Origin: Escherichia phage EC1-UPM
DNA: 64,000 nt
Direction: 5' to 3' (one strand)
Sequence record: NC_041906.1
Shown here: positions 8,368 to 19,649 of the stretch, piece by piece
Layout of the letters: every line of letters starts with the position of its first letter
Position numbering within the stretch: the stretch's first letter is position 1
Notes under the pieces: generated by a model
Databases searched by the model: none
Seen by the model: the letters and a program-made list of their open reading frames with translations, nothing else
What the model was told of the DNA's origin: nothing
Translations under genes and position numbers: made by a program

Positions 8368-10935
8368 ATGTTAGTTGCAGATACCAATGAAGTAGCTACC
8401 TCAGCGACACTGGGTGGCAAAGAAACAATTGCCTTTGGCATCTCTGATGACCCGGCATTCTTCCATGTATTAAGTACTTCCTTGTATAACAATCCTACCT
8501 TAGCAGTAGTTCGTGAGACTATCTGTAACAGTTGGGATGCTCATATTGAAGCAGGTAAGACTGATACCCCTATTCGTATCACTATTGATACAGACAATTT
8601 TATTACCTTCCGTGACTTCGGTAACGGTATACCAGATGAACTCATTGGTTCCGTTTATGGTGTCTATGGTGCATCTACTAAAAAAGCCAACAGTAGTGTT
8701 ACTGGTGGTTTTGGTCTGGGATGTAAATCTCCATTCGCTTATACAGATAGCTTCCAGGTTACTTCATGGAACCAAGGAAAGATGTCGGTATACAACATAG
8801 CTAAGGCTGCGATTGAGAATGATGGTAAACCAGGCATTGTTCCTATTGTTACTGGTATTCCTACTGAGGAATCTGGTCTGGAAGTTAAATTCCAATTAGG
8901 TAAGCATGATTTAAATACCTTTATTCATTACATTAGGTCAATTGTATTCAATGGTGAAATTAAGGCCGAGCTTAGTACTACCAAACTAATTAAAACGGAT
9001 ACAGGTATTAGTATTCAACAGGGTGACTATACTCTACTGGATACACTGGGTATGTCATTTGAACCTGGTTCATATGATATGTCTGATAGGTGGTATCAGG
9101 GATATATGGGTAACAGTAACATATACGTTCGCTACGGTAATGTAATGTATCCAATAGTATCCAGCCCAGCTAGTGAAGAAGCTGTGGGTCTTATTCTCAA
9201 CTTCATGAACATCATTGGTGCTGACAATTTAGTAGTACAGGCTGCACCAGATACTCTAGCTATTGCTCCTAGCCGAGAAACGCTGTCTAACCAGAAGTTA
9301 ACCGACGATGGTATTACTACTCTGTGTGTAGATTTAGTAGACCGTATGGAGAAGGAGATTAAGACTAAAATTCCTGAAGCTATTAAGCAGATTGAGGAAT
9401 ATGCTTCTAAATCCTCTGCTCGCTTTTGGGAATATCCTTCTTTCCTACTTGCCGTTACAGACAGAACTGTTCAACGCTATATGTCCTCTAGTCTATGGGC
9501 TAAGCAACGTAAGCATCACATCAAGCACTGGCGTAACTTATCCAATAAGGCATTATTAGCTCGCCCAGAGTATGCGGGTCTTAAGAAACTGTATGGTAAG
9601 GCTATGCGTGCTCTTAAGGATACTCGTGAAGAAAGTACATACTCCCCATTCCATGAATTAGTATATCGTCATCTGCACTTACCTCAGCTTGCTATTTTAA
9701 AGGCCACAGGTATTAAATGGTCAGGTTACATAGTGAAACAGGGTAACTATGTTGACCTAGTGAAAAGTAAGCTTACTGACTACTTTAAGATGTACCATAA
9801 CTCCCACCAGAGTATCGGCATATTCACTACCAAGAACGTTGTAGTTACCCGACGTTTATCTGATTGTGCAGACTCTTTCTCATACTTCCCTGAGTACAAC
9901 CGAGGTGACCTGGAGCGTACAGCTTTTGTTCACGTAGTTGGTCCTAAGAAAGGTGCAGCGGAAGAAGCTGTAGCTAAGTTCGCTACTATGGGTTATCGGG
10001 TAATTGACCTTACTCAATATAATGAGTGGGACAAACCGACTAACTACCGTAGAGAACAAGCTAAGATAGCAGCTGAGAAACGGGCTAAGACAATAGCTGC
10101 CAATAAAACCAAAGCAGGAGGTAAAATTAATGCTCTGATTTCATTGAATGCAGTTCTTGGTGCTACCCAGGTACGGAATAAAAATGGGGATTGGGAACCC
10201 AAGCCGTATATTCAGAAAGAATTTGCTGACCCAAGCCGTCATGAGAAATATGGTTTCGTTGAGGTAGAACAGCCTAAGTACTATGTACTGGCTAATCAGG
10301 TTGGTGCTGGTAGCCCTGTAACTGCCTGGATTGGAACCATGTGGAAATGGTATGAGTTATCCGATGAGATGAAAGCAGAGACTGTTGTCTGCCGCAATCA
10401 AATTGAGGCTAACAAGGCAAAACGACGTGGTGCTATCCACATTGATGATGTTCGCTTTAATGAGTTGATGTCTGTTATTACCAGTAAGGGATTTAAGAAA
10501 TATGTTACTGAACATCGCATCGGTATTCTAGAATACGTAGGACTGGATGACAGAGAATATTGGGAAATCCTCGACACACTGGGCCTAACCTTCAAACCAT
10601 TACAGAATCTGATTTTTAAACCAGAGTATGAATGGGCATATGACTTTTTACGAAATCGACCACATGACAACAAAGAAAAACTTGTTGAAATGGGTTGTAT
10701 TAAGTCAGTGAGTGACTTAGAGCCATATACAATGATGGTTAATCCACGTAATCATAAATACTTCGAAGTGCTTAATAGGTACAAAGAACTATTTTGTTAT
10801 AGCTGGGCTAAAAATGACATCCTACAGACACTAGACTTAGGTAGTCTGGTTAAACACCTCAAGAAGAATCCAGAGGATATTCCTGGGTTTAAGTCCCTCT
10901 ACCGTAATCGTCTAAATAAACTGAAAGGTAACTAA
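8368..10935 (+). CDS. rIIA: rIIA-like protein (GHKL-type ATPase domain)
   Basis: N-terminal GHKL/HSP90-type N-box ETICNSWDAH and G1-box DFGNGIPDE; 855 aa; immediately followed by an rIIB-sized gene. Confidence 0.65.
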   Translation: MLVADTNEVATSATLGGKETIAFGISDDPAFFHVLSTSLYNNPTLAVVRETICNSWDAHIEAGKTDTPIRITIDTDNFITFRDFGNGIPDELIGSVYGVYGASTKKANSSVTGGFGLGCKSPFAYTDSFQVTSWNQGKMSVYNIAKAAIENDGKPGIVPIVTGIPTEESGLEVKFQLGKHDLNTFIHYIRSIVFNGEIKAELSTTKLIKTDTGISIQQGDYTLLDTLGMSFEPGSYDMSDRWYQGYMGNSNIYVRYGNVMYPIVSSPASEEAVGLILNFMNIIGADNLVVQAAPDTLAIAPSRETLSNQKLTDDGITTLCVDLVDRMEKEIKTKIPEAIKQIEEYASKSSARFWEYPSFLLAVTDRTVQRYMSSSLWAKQRKHHIKHWRNLSNKALLARPEYAGLKKLYGKAMRALKDTREESTYSPFHELVYRHLHLPQLAILKATGIKWSGYIVKQGNYVDLVKSKLTDYFKMYHNSHQSIGIFTTKNVVVTRRLSDCADSFSYFPEYNRGDLERTAFVHVVGPKKGAAEEAVAKFATMGYRVIDLTQYNEWDKPTNYRREQAKIAAEKRAKTIAANKTKAGGKINALISLNAVLGATQVRNKNGDWEPKPYIQKEFADPSRHEKYGFVEVEQPKYYVLANQVGAGSPVTAWIGTMWKWYELSDEMKAETVVCRNQIEANKAKRRGAIHIDDVRFNELMSVITSKGFKKYVTEHRIGILEYVGLDDREYWEILDTLGLTFKPLQNLIFKPEYEWAYDFLRNRPHDNKEKLVEMGCIKSVSDLEPYTMMVNPRNHKYFEVLNRYKELFCYSWAKNDILQTLDLGSLVKHLKKNPEDIPGFKSLYRNRLNKLKGN

Positions 10936-10939
10936 TCTG

Positions 10940-12997
10940 ATGAAAATCGAACTGATTTCTATCATCGCACTGGCAGTTGACAGTCGTAACCTTACACTGT
11001 GGAAGCCTGATGGTTCCACAATTGTATATCCTCAGAGCGACCCACGGGTTGCTCGTATTGTATCTGAAGCACAAACCAAAGGTCTTGGAACTACCAAAGA
11101 CCAGATAGAAGTAAACATTGCACCAGAAGTAAATCTGCGTACTGAATATCTGGAAGCAGAGAAGAACACTAACGGATTCGTCCGTTTCTTCAAGGTAGCT
11201 AAGGCTAAACTTAAAGAGTTCTTCCAGGATGGTACAGGTGTTCCTCCTGCTCGTATCGTTTCTGATATTAAGCTAGGCAACCCTACTAAGACACTGGTGT
11301 CTAAAACCATGGATACCTTCCTGGCTGTACAGGCTAATGAACCAGAAGTAACAGTATCAGACGGTTATTACGACAGACGTGATAACCTGATGTGGGTTAC
11401 TGGCTGGGATAAGGACCATAACCATCCTGCACTGGTTCGTTTTATTAACGACGTACTGTGTTGGGGTCATGAACATACCAACCGTACTCTTGCACAAGAA
11501 TGGCCTATTGCAATTCGTGCAGTATCCGATGATGAAATGGGTGAGTTTGCTAAACAAGCTAAACACATCAAAGGAGTACATATTGTATTTACCAGTCGTG
11601 AGCAAACACCACTGCCTTACATTGAAGTAGCTAAAACTACGAACCAGGATAAGCTGGCTGCTGCTTCTGAGAAGTTAGCCGCATTGGGTGCTATTAGTAC
11701 CGATGATGCTAACTTCCACACTGATGTTAAGGAAGATGAAGTGGTTGTTGCTGTTACCAACAATGGGGTTATCCCTGGAGTTGAGAACCTACAACGTCAC
11801 TTACGCCAGTCTGCCAAGCTAAAAGACTACAAGGGCTTTACTAAGTTCCTTGAGCGTCTGGCTCCGGTTATTAAAGACCGTCTGCACTCAGTAGAAGACC
11901 TGATGAAGTTCATGGAAACTGCTGAACTGCCTATTGCCGATGATGGTTCAATCCTGTTCCTCAAACGCCTTAAGTCTAGTGGTATAGAAAACGGTAAACG
12001 TGTATTCGTTGACTGTCACTCGGGTAACATTCGTCAATGGGTAGGCTGTAAAGTGCAGGTACGTGAAGACCTGGTAGACCCTGACCGTCGTCAGGATTGC
12101 TCTAACGGTCTGCACGTAGCATCCATGAGCTATCTACGTGGCTTCGGTGGTAACGTAACTGTCCTTGGTAAAGTAGCACCGGAAGACGTGTTTGCTGTTC
12201 CTCAGTACAGCACCAATAAGATGCGTGTATCTGCATATCATATTATTGCTGAACTGCCTGAAGAGGAACGTAATAACGTTAACAATGGTATCTACCTGTC
12301 TATGACAGAAGTAGGTAAGAAATTACTTAATGATGCCATCGTTGGGAACCATAGTTCACCTACCACACTTATTATGGTTGGTGGTCATTATGGTACTAAC
12401 CTCAAATACACTAATCTTACATCTGGTTCTGTAGAACAATTCCGTACAGTTGCTAGTAAAGAAGCACTGAACATGGAAGGGTCACTGAATGAAGCTGTAG
12501 CTGCTGAACCAGTTAAGGCTACTGACCTTAAACCTGTTAATAAGAAGGCTCCTACTGTGAGAGAACAAATCCAGGAACTGGTAAAAGAGTTCCTTAATGC
12601 AACAACACCGGAAGATAAGTTAGCCGCTGCTGACCTTCTGGTAGAACTGCGTGGTAAAGCTCGTACGCCATGGGCTGTTTTTGGTGTTAGCTCAGATGTG
12701 GTTGATGCTATCGCTGTTTGCCGTGCTGCTGAAAGCAAACCAGCTAAAGCTGGACTAGAGAAGAAACTAAAAGCTGTTAGTAAAAGAGTTTCTGACTCAA
12801 CAGTAAAAGTTAAATTCACATCAGGGAAACACGCTGACAATCTGCGTAGCATCCTGAATGATACGACGTACTCTGACTATCAGAAAGGCCATGCTCTGCA
12901 AGACTATAAGCGTCATGCTAAGAAGTCATTCACTGCAATGGGTCTGACTGAAGAAGAAGCTAAGTTAGCTACCAAGCTGGTCAAGGCTGCTAAGTAA
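10940..12997 (+). CDS. rIIB: rIIB-like protein
   Basis: 685-aa ORF directly downstream of the rIIA-like gene; assignment by context and size only. Confidence 0.45.
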   Translation: MKIELISIIALAVDSRNLTLWKPDGSTIVYPQSDPRVARIVSEAQTKGLGTTKDQIEVNIAPEVNLRTEYLEAEKNTNGFVRFFKVAKAKLKEFFQDGTGVPPARIVSDIKLGNPTKTLVSKTMDTFLAVQANEPEVTVSDGYYDRRDNLMWVTGWDKDHNHPALVRFINDVLCWGHEHTNRTLAQEWPIAIRAVSDDEMGEFAKQAKHIKGVHIVFTSREQTPLPYIEVAKTTNQDKLAAASEKLAALGAISTDDANFHTDVKEDEVVVAVTNNGVIPGVENLQRHLRQSAKLKDYKGFTKFLERLAPVIKDRLHSVEDLMKFMETAELPIADDGSILFLKRLKSSGIENGKRVFVDCHSGNIRQWVGCKVQVREDLVDPDRRQDCSNGLHVASMSYLRGFGGNVTVLGKVAPEDVFAVPQYSTNKMRVSAYHIIAELPEEERNNVNNGIYLSMTEVGKKLLNDAIVGNHSSPTTLIMVGGHYGTNLKYTNLTSGSVEQFRTVASKEALNMEGSLNEAVAAEPVKATDLKPVNKKAPTVREQIQELVKEFLNATTPEDKLAAADLLVELRGKARTPWAVFGVSSDVVDAIAVCRAAESKPAKAGLEKKLKAVSKRVSDSTVKVKFTSGKHADNLRSILNDTTYSDYQKGHALQDYKRHAKKSFTAMGLTEEEAKLATKLVKAAK

Positions 12998-13059
12998 TAG
13001 CCTGTTCAAATGCCCTCACTTGTAATAAAGTGAGGGTAATTTTGAGGAGGAAATGTACT

Positions 13060-13455
13060 ATGAGTAAAGTATTCAGAAGTAATCGCAAAGCAACTGATGA
13101 AGACATCATTCGTATGAATGCTGTTGGTCTGTCCCTCGCAACTATCGCTAAGACGTTGGGGGTTCACCCAACTACTGTTACTTTGCGATTGCGTTCTCTA
13201 AACATTGAACCAGCCGACACACGTCGGACGTTCATGGAAAACGTATTACGTCCTTTACCAACCCATGTGGCTGATTGGCTGTCAGAACAAGTTGGCCCTG
13301 CTTATGAGATTCGCTCATATGTAAGGGACTTGATTCTGGAGGCATATAACAATCGCCACCTTAACCAAGAGAGTGAGCATGACAAGTTCATCCGTTTGTA
13401 CACTGGCAAATACGGAAGCCTGGTTCAGGAAAGCCGTACCGAATCCAACGAGTAA
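13060..13455 (+). CDS. putative HTH DNA-binding protein
   Basis: Helix-turn-helix-like segment MNAVGLSLATIAKTLGVHPTTVTLRLRSL; ORF track start 13030 is GTG, ATG 13060 with GAGGAGG RBS is preferred. Confidence 0.45.
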   Translation: MSKVFRSNRKATDEDIIRMNAVGLSLATIAKTLGVHPTTVTLRLRSLNIEPADTRRTFMENVLRPLPTHVADWLSEQVGPAYEIRSYVRDLILEAYNNRHLNQESEHDKFIRLYTGKYGSLVQESRTESNE

Positions 13456-13501
13456 GAATATTAGTACCCAGATTGGTTGTCATCTGGAAGAAGTGGCAGA
13501 A

Positions 13502-13831
13502 ATGCTAAATGCTATTACCAGTAATAATCCAGAACGTGCCTCACAAATTGATGCATTACGGGCAGCAATTGACCATGTAGGCAATCTGCTTAAAAAGGAT
13601 AACAAGATTGTTATCAAAGATTCAGTAGAACTGCTGGACTCACTGGCAGACCAGATTGTTACAGCAACTGGCGTCGGTACTTTCCTTGGGATGAATGTCC
13701 CTGGAGCATTGGCTGAGGTCAATCGCTCAAACTATTCTAAGTTTGAAGATGGAGAACCCGTCTTCAATGAGAATAAGAAAGTTATGAAAGGGAAAGACTA
13801 CACTCCCCCGGATTTAACCCCTTACATCTAA
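13502..13831 (+). CDS. hypothetical protein
   Basis: ORF track version (13373) overlaps the upstream gene by >80 nt; ATG at 13502 preferred; followed by a terminator. Confidence 0.4.
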   Translation: MLNAITSNNPERASQIDALRAAIDHVGNLLKKDNKIVIKDSVELLDSLADQIVTATGVGTFLGMNVPGALAEVNRSNYSKFEDGEPVFNENKKVMKGKDYTPPDLTPYI

Positions 13832-13851
13832 CCCTCTACGGAGGGTTTTTT
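13832..13851 (+). terminator. Rho-independent terminator
   Basis: CCCTC-tacg-GAGGG hairpin followed by TTTTTT; coordinates approximate. Confidence 0.55.
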
Positions 13852-13864
13852 ACTGGAGATTTTA

Positions 13865-15175
13865 ATGTTTTCCAAACCTACCAAAGCCCCGCTGAACAAG
13901 GGGCAAGAAGCGGTTGCGAAGGAGTTCTTCGACTTCCTGCTCAACCCTAATGCTACCGAATTCAATATTAGTGGCCCAGGGGGAACTGGCAAGACATTCC
14001 TGATGTCGCACCTCATTGATGACACTATGCCTGCATATATGGAAACTTGCTCTCTCATGGGAACCAAGCCTCTGTATAACGAGGTTGTTATGACTGCGAC
14101 CACGAACAAAGCTGCTGAAGTTCTGGCTCAAGCTACTGGGCGTCCAACATCTACCTATCATTCCTTCCAGGGATTGATTGTTAAGAATGATTTTAAGACT
14201 GGTGAGGCTAATGTCGTACCGTCTAAATCATTCAATATTAAGAAGAACAAAATCATCTTCGTAGATGAAGCATCCATGATAGACCGTCAGTTGCTTAAGT
14301 ATGCCCGTGAAGGTACTCACCAGTGCAAACTGGTATTCGTAGGTGATGCTTCTCAGCTTCTGCCTGTTAAAGAGAATAAGTCTCCAGTGTATGCAGGTAA
14401 TATCCCAACACACTATCTGACTGAACAGATGCGTACCGATGCACCGGAACTCAAAGCATTGCACCAGCAATTGCGTGATACGGTGGAAGGTAAGACAGGC
14501 TTCCTGCCTATTAAATGTATTCCAGGTATCATTGACTGGGTACAAGGGGAGGAGATGGAGAAACTGGTTCTCAGTCACTTCACTCAACCTACCAATAGCC
14601 GTATTGTTGCCTACACGAATGACCAGGTTATTAATTACAATAACTACATTCGTGAAGCCAATGGTTACGTAGGTGAGTACTCCATTGGTGAGCAGCTAGT
14701 GTCTAACTCTGCTGTTCGCTTAGGGGTGGAAGACCGTCTGTCTATCGAGCAGGACGTAAAACTCATCGACCAGGATAGTAGTACTCGCATGATTCCAGTT
14801 ACGGGTGACCTGGAACTGGAAGTTCGTGATAGTACTCTGGACCTTGGTTATGGTGGTATTGTAAGTGAAGTTCCAGTACCTACTGACCCAGACTACTTCA
14901 ACCGTTTGGTTAAGTGGTTAGGAAAGGAAAAGAACTGGGAACCTTACTTCCGTCTTAAAGAAACCATTCCAGACCTGCGTGCTACCCATGCATGTACTGT
15001 CCATAAATCACAAGGCTCTACTTACGACACAATCTTCATTGATGCAGATGACCTCTCAAGCTGTCGCCAACCAGATATGGTTGCCCGTCTGCTTTACGTC
15101 GCTGTGTCCCGTGCACGTAAGCGAGTAGTGTTCTATGGCAATCTTGCCAGTAAGTATGGTGGTCTAACTTTCTAA
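13865..15175 (+). CDS. SF1 DNA helicase (Dda/RecD-like)
   Basis: Walker A GPGGTGKT, Walker B FVDEASMID, C-terminal TVHKSQGSTYD motif typical of Dda/RecD-like helicases. Confidence 0.8.
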   Translation: MFSKPTKAPLNKGQEAVAKEFFDFLLNPNATEFNISGPGGTGKTFLMSHLIDDTMPAYMETCSLMGTKPLYNEVVMTATTNKAAEVLAQATGRPTSTYHSFQGLIVKNDFKTGEANVVPSKSFNIKKNKIIFVDEASMIDRQLLKYAREGTHQCKLVFVGDASQLLPVKENKSPVYAGNIPTHYLTEQMRTDAPELKALHQQLRDTVEGKTGFLPIKCIPGIIDWVQGEEMEKLVLSHFTQPTNSRIVAYTNDQVINYNNYIREANGYVGEYSIGEQLVSNSAVRLGVEDRLSIEQDVKLIDQDSSTRMIPVTGDLELEVRDSTLDLGYGGIVSEVPVPTDPDYFNRLVKWLGKEKNWEPYFRLKETIPDLRATHACTVHKSQGSTYDTIFIDADDLSSCRQPDMVARLLYVAVSRARKRVVFYGNLASKYGGLTF

Positions 15176-15185
15176 GGGAGGATAT

Positions 15186-15716
15186 ATGCCTCAGATTGGT
15201 TCAGCGACTATTGGTCAAGTTGCCAATAGCAGTGAGATAGTCAAACACCTGTTCTTAGCAGAACTGGTTCGTCTTGATAGTGTGTTAAACGGTATCATTG
15301 ATAAGAATGACCGTATCAATGGTATTGATGTATCGGCTGGATTCCTTTACCAAGGGGAGTTCTATCAGCGTTCTAATGCTACCAGACCTCCAACCTACGG
15401 TGAACGATTAACGCTTAATCCAGAACTATGGCCTGCAATGGACAAGTATCTGAAAGCCTCCAGTCGTCTGATTATGGAAGTACACCTTGTGAACCAGACT
15501 GTATATCGCCTGGTTCGTGGTTGTATGTCCTATCAGGATGTACGTGATGCTTTGCCTGAGTGCCTGGTAGCTCAAGACCAGACCGGTAAATACAAAGAAC
15601 TACCACGTACTCGTGAAGCAGCCTGGACACTTGCTGGTGATGCTATGGCAATAAAACAGTATGAGAAGATTCTGCCTTCTATTGAGTACTATGCAGCTTC
15701 CCATCTGATTTTCTAA
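15186..15716 (+). CDS. hypothetical protein
   Basis: 176-aa ORF between the helicase and DNA polymerase genes. Confidence 0.45.
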   Translation: MPQIGSATIGQVANSSEIVKHLFLAELVRLDSVLNGIIDKNDRINGIDVSAGFLYQGEFYQRSNATRPPTYGERLTLNPELWPAMDKYLKASSRLIMEVHLVNQTVYRLVRGCMSYQDVRDALPECLVAQDQTGKYKELPRTREAAWTLAGDAMAIKQYEKILPSIEYYAASHLIF

Positions 15717-15725
15717 GGTAAAGCT

Positions 15726-18305
15726 ATGCGTTACATCACCTCTCAGGATACTGGTAAGTATCCTATTGCTATCCTCGGTCATCAAATCCGAAGGGAGGAG
15801 ATGATTAAAACCTACCTGCTGCCTAATGACCTAAGCATGGAAGATTTCATCTTCATTGAGCTTCATTCTGCTCCAGGCAAGAAGAAGACTCCTGCAAGGG
15901 AGATTAAGGAGTTTATTCAGCAGGAATTGCAACAGGTACTGGATGATGCAGAGACTCAGTACATCATTTGTACTGATTCTGATTACTTCAAAATACTGAC
16001 TAAAGAAGCTAAAGCAGAGGCTAACCTCGGCTATGTTTGTGACTCAGTATGGGGTAAGCAGAAGGTTATCTATACACCTAGCTACAGGCAGGTCTTTTAT
16101 GACCCTCCTGTAGTGAAAGCTAAGATTGCTCAGGGTATGGATGCATTACTTAACCACATTCGTGGGCAGTATGCTGAACCAGGTCATGGAATCATTGAGT
16201 TTGAAGCCTATCCGGATACTCCAGAGAAGATTAAAGCCTGGCTAGACCAGTTGCTTGAGATGGATAAGCCACTGGCTATAGACATCGAAGCATTCGGTTT
16301 AAAGCACTATAACGCCGGTATAGGAACAATTACGTTCTGTTGGAGTAAGACACAGGGCATAGCCTTTAATGTGGACTACGAGCCAATTCCAGGAGCTACT
16401 GAAGCACCATACGGGCGTATCAACAGAAATGATATTGTTCGTAATCTTCTACGTGAGTTCTTCATTAAGTACACCCAACGGCAGATGTATCACAACATTA
16501 GCTATGACGTGTATGTGCTTATCTATCAGTTATTCATGGATAACCTGATTGATACAGAAGGCTTACTGCATGGCATGGAAATCATGCTACGTAATTGGGA
16601 TTGCACTAAGTTAATCACCTATCTGGCTACTAACAGTTGTGCTGGTAATCACCTTAGTCTGAAAGACCAGGCCCAGGAGTATGCCGGTAACTATGCTCAG
16701 GATGATATTAAAGACATTCGCCTTATTCCTAATGAGCAGCTGTTACGTTACAACCTCATTGACGGTTTGTGTACGTGGTACACCTACGAAAAGCACTGGG
16801 ATACTCTCATTGCTGATGACCAGCTAGATGTTTACAACAGCATCTTTAAGCCAGCTTGTGAAGACATCATTCAGATGCAGTTAACAGGTATGCCCATGAA
16901 TATGGATACCGTTAACCAAGTGGCTAAGGAGATGGAAACTGACAGGAACCTGGCTCTGAAAACTATTCGTGAGTCCAAGCTCATGAAGAACTTCACCCTG
17001 ATGCTTCGTCAGGAATGGGTAGACGATAAGAATGCTAAGCTCAAGAAGAAACAAGTAACACTTGCTGACTGTGACATCGAGTTTAACCCTAACTCCGGTC
17101 CACAACTACAAAAACTGTTATTTGATTATATTGGCTTACCGGTTCTTGGTCTTACTAAGAGCAAGCAGCCTGCTACTGATGGTGACACTATTAAAGCACT
17201 GCGTACTCATACGCAGAGCGAAGATGTTAAGGAACTGCTCAATGCACTTATCGATTATAAGCTTGTGGATAAGATTATCACTAGCTTCATCCCGGCCTTT
17301 AGAAATGCCCAACCTGGGCCGGATGGATGGCACTACCTATTCGGCAACCTCAATCTGGGGGGAACGGTTTCTGGTAGATTATCTGCCTCTGAACCAAACC
17401 TGCAAACCATTCCGTCTGGTTCCAAATACGCCAAGAAGATTAAGAAATGCTTCGAAGCACCACCAGGTTGGGTCTTTTGTGGATTGGACTTTGCAAGCCT
17501 TGAAGACCGTATCTCTGCATTAACTACTAAAGACCCTCAGAAGCTTAAGGTATATACCGATGGCTATGATGGGCATAGTCTCCGTGCATATGCTTACTTT
17601 GGTGAGCAGATGCCAGACATAGAAGACACGGTAGAATCCATTAACTCCATTCAGCATAAGTACAAATCATTACGTAGTGACTCGAAGGCTCCAACCTTCC
17701 TGCTTACCTATGGTGGTACGTATATGGGCTTAATGAAAAACTGTGGCTTCTCTGAAGAGAAGGCTAAGACTACAGAGAAACGTTATCACGATCTCTATGT
17801 AGTTAGTGACAGATGGGTTCAGGCTAAGCTAGACGAAGCTGCCAAAACTGGTTATGTTACTGCCGCATTCGGTTTGAGAGTGCGTACTCCTTTACTGGCT
17901 CAGGTTTTACGTGGGACATGTAAGACTCCGTATGAGGCAGAAGCAGAAGGCAGAACTGCTGGTAATGCTTTAGGGCAAAGCTGGTGTCTACTGAATAACC
18001 GTGCTGGTTCAGAATTTATGCGTAAAGTCAGAGCCAGTGAGTTCAGGTTAGATATACGTCCTAGTATTCATATTCATGATGCTCAGTACTTCATGATTCG
18101 TGACAACATGGATACCTTGCAGTTCACAAACAAGCACTTGGTTGAAGCCGTTAACTGGCAAGACCATCCTGATATTGCTCATCCAGAAGTTGGTTTGGGT
18201 GGGGAACTATCCTTGTTCTACCCAACGTGGGCTAACGAGATTGAGATTCCAAATCACGCTACCCCAGAAGAAGTTCATCAAATAATTCAAAAGGCATTCG
18301 CATGA
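15726..18305 (+). CDS. DNA polymerase, family A
   Basis: 859 aa; exonuclease-type LAIDIEAFG (DxE) motif, motif B-like KAPTFLLTYGG, motif C-like HIHDAQ. Confidence 0.8.
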   Translation: MRYITSQDTGKYPIAILGHQIRREEMIKTYLLPNDLSMEDFIFIELHSAPGKKKTPAREIKEFIQQELQQVLDDAETQYIICTDSDYFKILTKEAKAEANLGYVCDSVWGKQKVIYTPSYRQVFYDPPVVKAKIAQGMDALLNHIRGQYAEPGHGIIEFEAYPDTPEKIKAWLDQLLEMDKPLAIDIEAFGLKHYNAGIGTITFCWSKTQGIAFNVDYEPIPGATEAPYGRINRNDIVRNLLREFFIKYTQRQMYHNISYDVYVLIYQLFMDNLIDTEGLLHGMEIMLRNWDCTKLITYLATNSCAGNHLSLKDQAQEYAGNYAQDDIKDIRLIPNEQLLRYNLIDGLCTWYTYEKHWDTLIADDQLDVYNSIFKPACEDIIQMQLTGMPMNMDTVNQVAKEMETDRNLALKTIRESKLMKNFTLMLRQEWVDDKNAKLKKKQVTLADCDIEFNPNSGPQLQKLLFDYIGLPVLGLTKSKQPATDGDTIKALRTHTQSEDVKELLNALIDYKLVDKIITSFIPAFRNAQPGPDGWHYLFGNLNLGGTVSGRLSASEPNLQTIPSGSKYAKKIKKCFEAPPGWVFCGLDFASLEDRISALTTKDPQKLKVYTDGYDGHSLRAYAYFGEQMPDIEDTVESINSIQHKYKSLRSDSKAPTFLLTYGGTYMGLMKNCGFSEEKAKTTEKRYHDLYVVSDRWVQAKLDEAAKTGYVTAAFGLRVRTPLLAQVLRGTCKTPYEAEAEGRTAGNALGQSWCLLNNRAGSEFMRKVRASEFRLDIRPSIHIHDAQYFMIRDNMDTLQFTNKHLVEAVNWQDHPDIAHPEVGLGGELSLFYPTWANEIEIPNHATPEEVHQIIQKAFA

Positions 18306-18607
18306 CCAAAAGTACTAAAGAAACTGTAGTCAGAAAATATCATTGGATGGTAGCAGCACAAGTAGTCTTCCAGCTTCCTAAAGTGGATGATGGTTCCCTG
18401 CTTACCATGAACACAATGTTGCTCACCGATGAACCTTATGTGACCTATAAAGATTTGGCCCGTGCCAATCATTCCCTGAAGATTAGTCTGGACCAACGTT
18501 TCGACACTTCAGTTGACCTGAAAGACATTGTTTATCTGTCTCTTAGCAACCTGGGTCTGATGTCTGAACCAGAGTTCCAGGCAAACATGATTCCTAAGGA
18601 TAAATAA
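18302..18607 (+). CDS. hypothetical protein
   Basis: 101-aa ORF with overlapping start/stop. Confidence 0.4.
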   Translation: MTKSTKETVVRKYHWMVAAQVVFQLPKVDDGSLLTMNTMLLTDEPYVTYKDLARANHSLKISLDQRFDTSVDLKDIVYLSLSNLGLMSEPEFQANMIPKDK

Positions 18608-19083
18608 TGGCTAAGCTCTCCGGTGGATTGAATAACTGGTATGTAGTGCCAGTTAAGCACCCTCAACGGAAAGAGCAAGAGCCATATCAAGCAGAGTGTG
18701 AGGATATTATCCAAGCACTGGGCATGACCTTCGATGAAGGTTGTGCCTTTAAAGCTCTGTGGCGAAATGCTGCTGCCCGTATGGGTAATGGTAAACCTGG
18801 TAATACTGCTGCTTACGATGCAGAGAAGCTGGTTCATTATGCTAATCGTATTCTTGCTAAGGAGAAGTTAGCTAGTGAGTTATTTCCGGATCCTGCTACG
18901 AATGTAAATACCGTTGGTAGTTATTGGCACCATACACGCAATGGTAAACCTCACTTCACTAAAGAATTTTCATTCATTGAGATTGTTTATAAAGATGAAC
19001 GAGATGAAATTTACTCGTATAACTTCAATCAGCTAAGTGAAATTAAGTGGAACTGGGTTCACAGATACAGGATTACTTACTAA
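18607..19083 (+). CDS. hypothetical protein
   Basis: 158-aa ORF. Confidence 0.45.
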   Translation: MAKLSGGLNNWYVVPVKHPQRKEQEPYQAECEDIIQALGMTFDEGCAFKALWRNAAARMGNGKPGNTAAYDAEKLVHYANRILAKEKLASELFPDPATNVNTVGSYWHHTRNGKPHFTKEFSFIEIVYKDERDEIYSYNFNQLSEIKWNWVHRYRITY

Positions 19084-19151
19084 TGAAGATAACCAACAAT
19101 CATGATGTCTCACTGGCTCTGGCTGTATGGCTATTGCATGGGTAACTAGTT

Positions 19152-19649
19152 ATGAAACATAGAATTGCCCATGACAGGCTTTTACAGCTTGTATATTACG
19201 ACCCTATTTCCGGGATTTTTACTCGTAGGAATACTGGAAAGGTATCCGGTTATCTAATGAAGAGTGGCTACATTCAACTCCGTGTGGATAGCGTGTTGTA
19301 CTATGGGCATATTCTTGCATGGTTCTATGTACATGGCGTATGGCCTACAGATAGGATTGACCATAAGGACAATATTCGCCATCACAACTGGATAGATAAC
19401 CTCAGAGAAGCAACCCACATGCAGAATAACCAGAGTGCTGTTCTATCTAAAGCGAACACATCTGGTTTCAAGGGAGTATCCTTTTCAAAGAAATTAGGTA
19501 AATACAGAGCAACTATTTGGGTTAATAGCAAACCGATCTCATTAGGTTTCACGGATAACCCAAGAGAAGCTGCTCTTCTTTATGATGAGGCTGCTGTAAT
19601 TCATTATGGTGAATTTGCCAAAACCAATAAACAATTAGGTCTGCTATGA
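19152..19649 (+). mobile_element. HNH homing endonuclease with AP2 DNA-binding domain
   Basis: HNH-type motif IDHKDNIRHHNWIDNLREATHMQN followed by AP2-like FKGVSFSKKLGKYRATIW...LLYDEAAVIHYGEFA; free-standing small ORF in the replication module. Confidence 0.7.

Noticed and set aside
8513-8800. 95-aa + strand ORF inside the rIIA-like gene in another frame
   Set aside because: Fully embedded in a longer motif-supported ORF on the same strand; no independent start signal.
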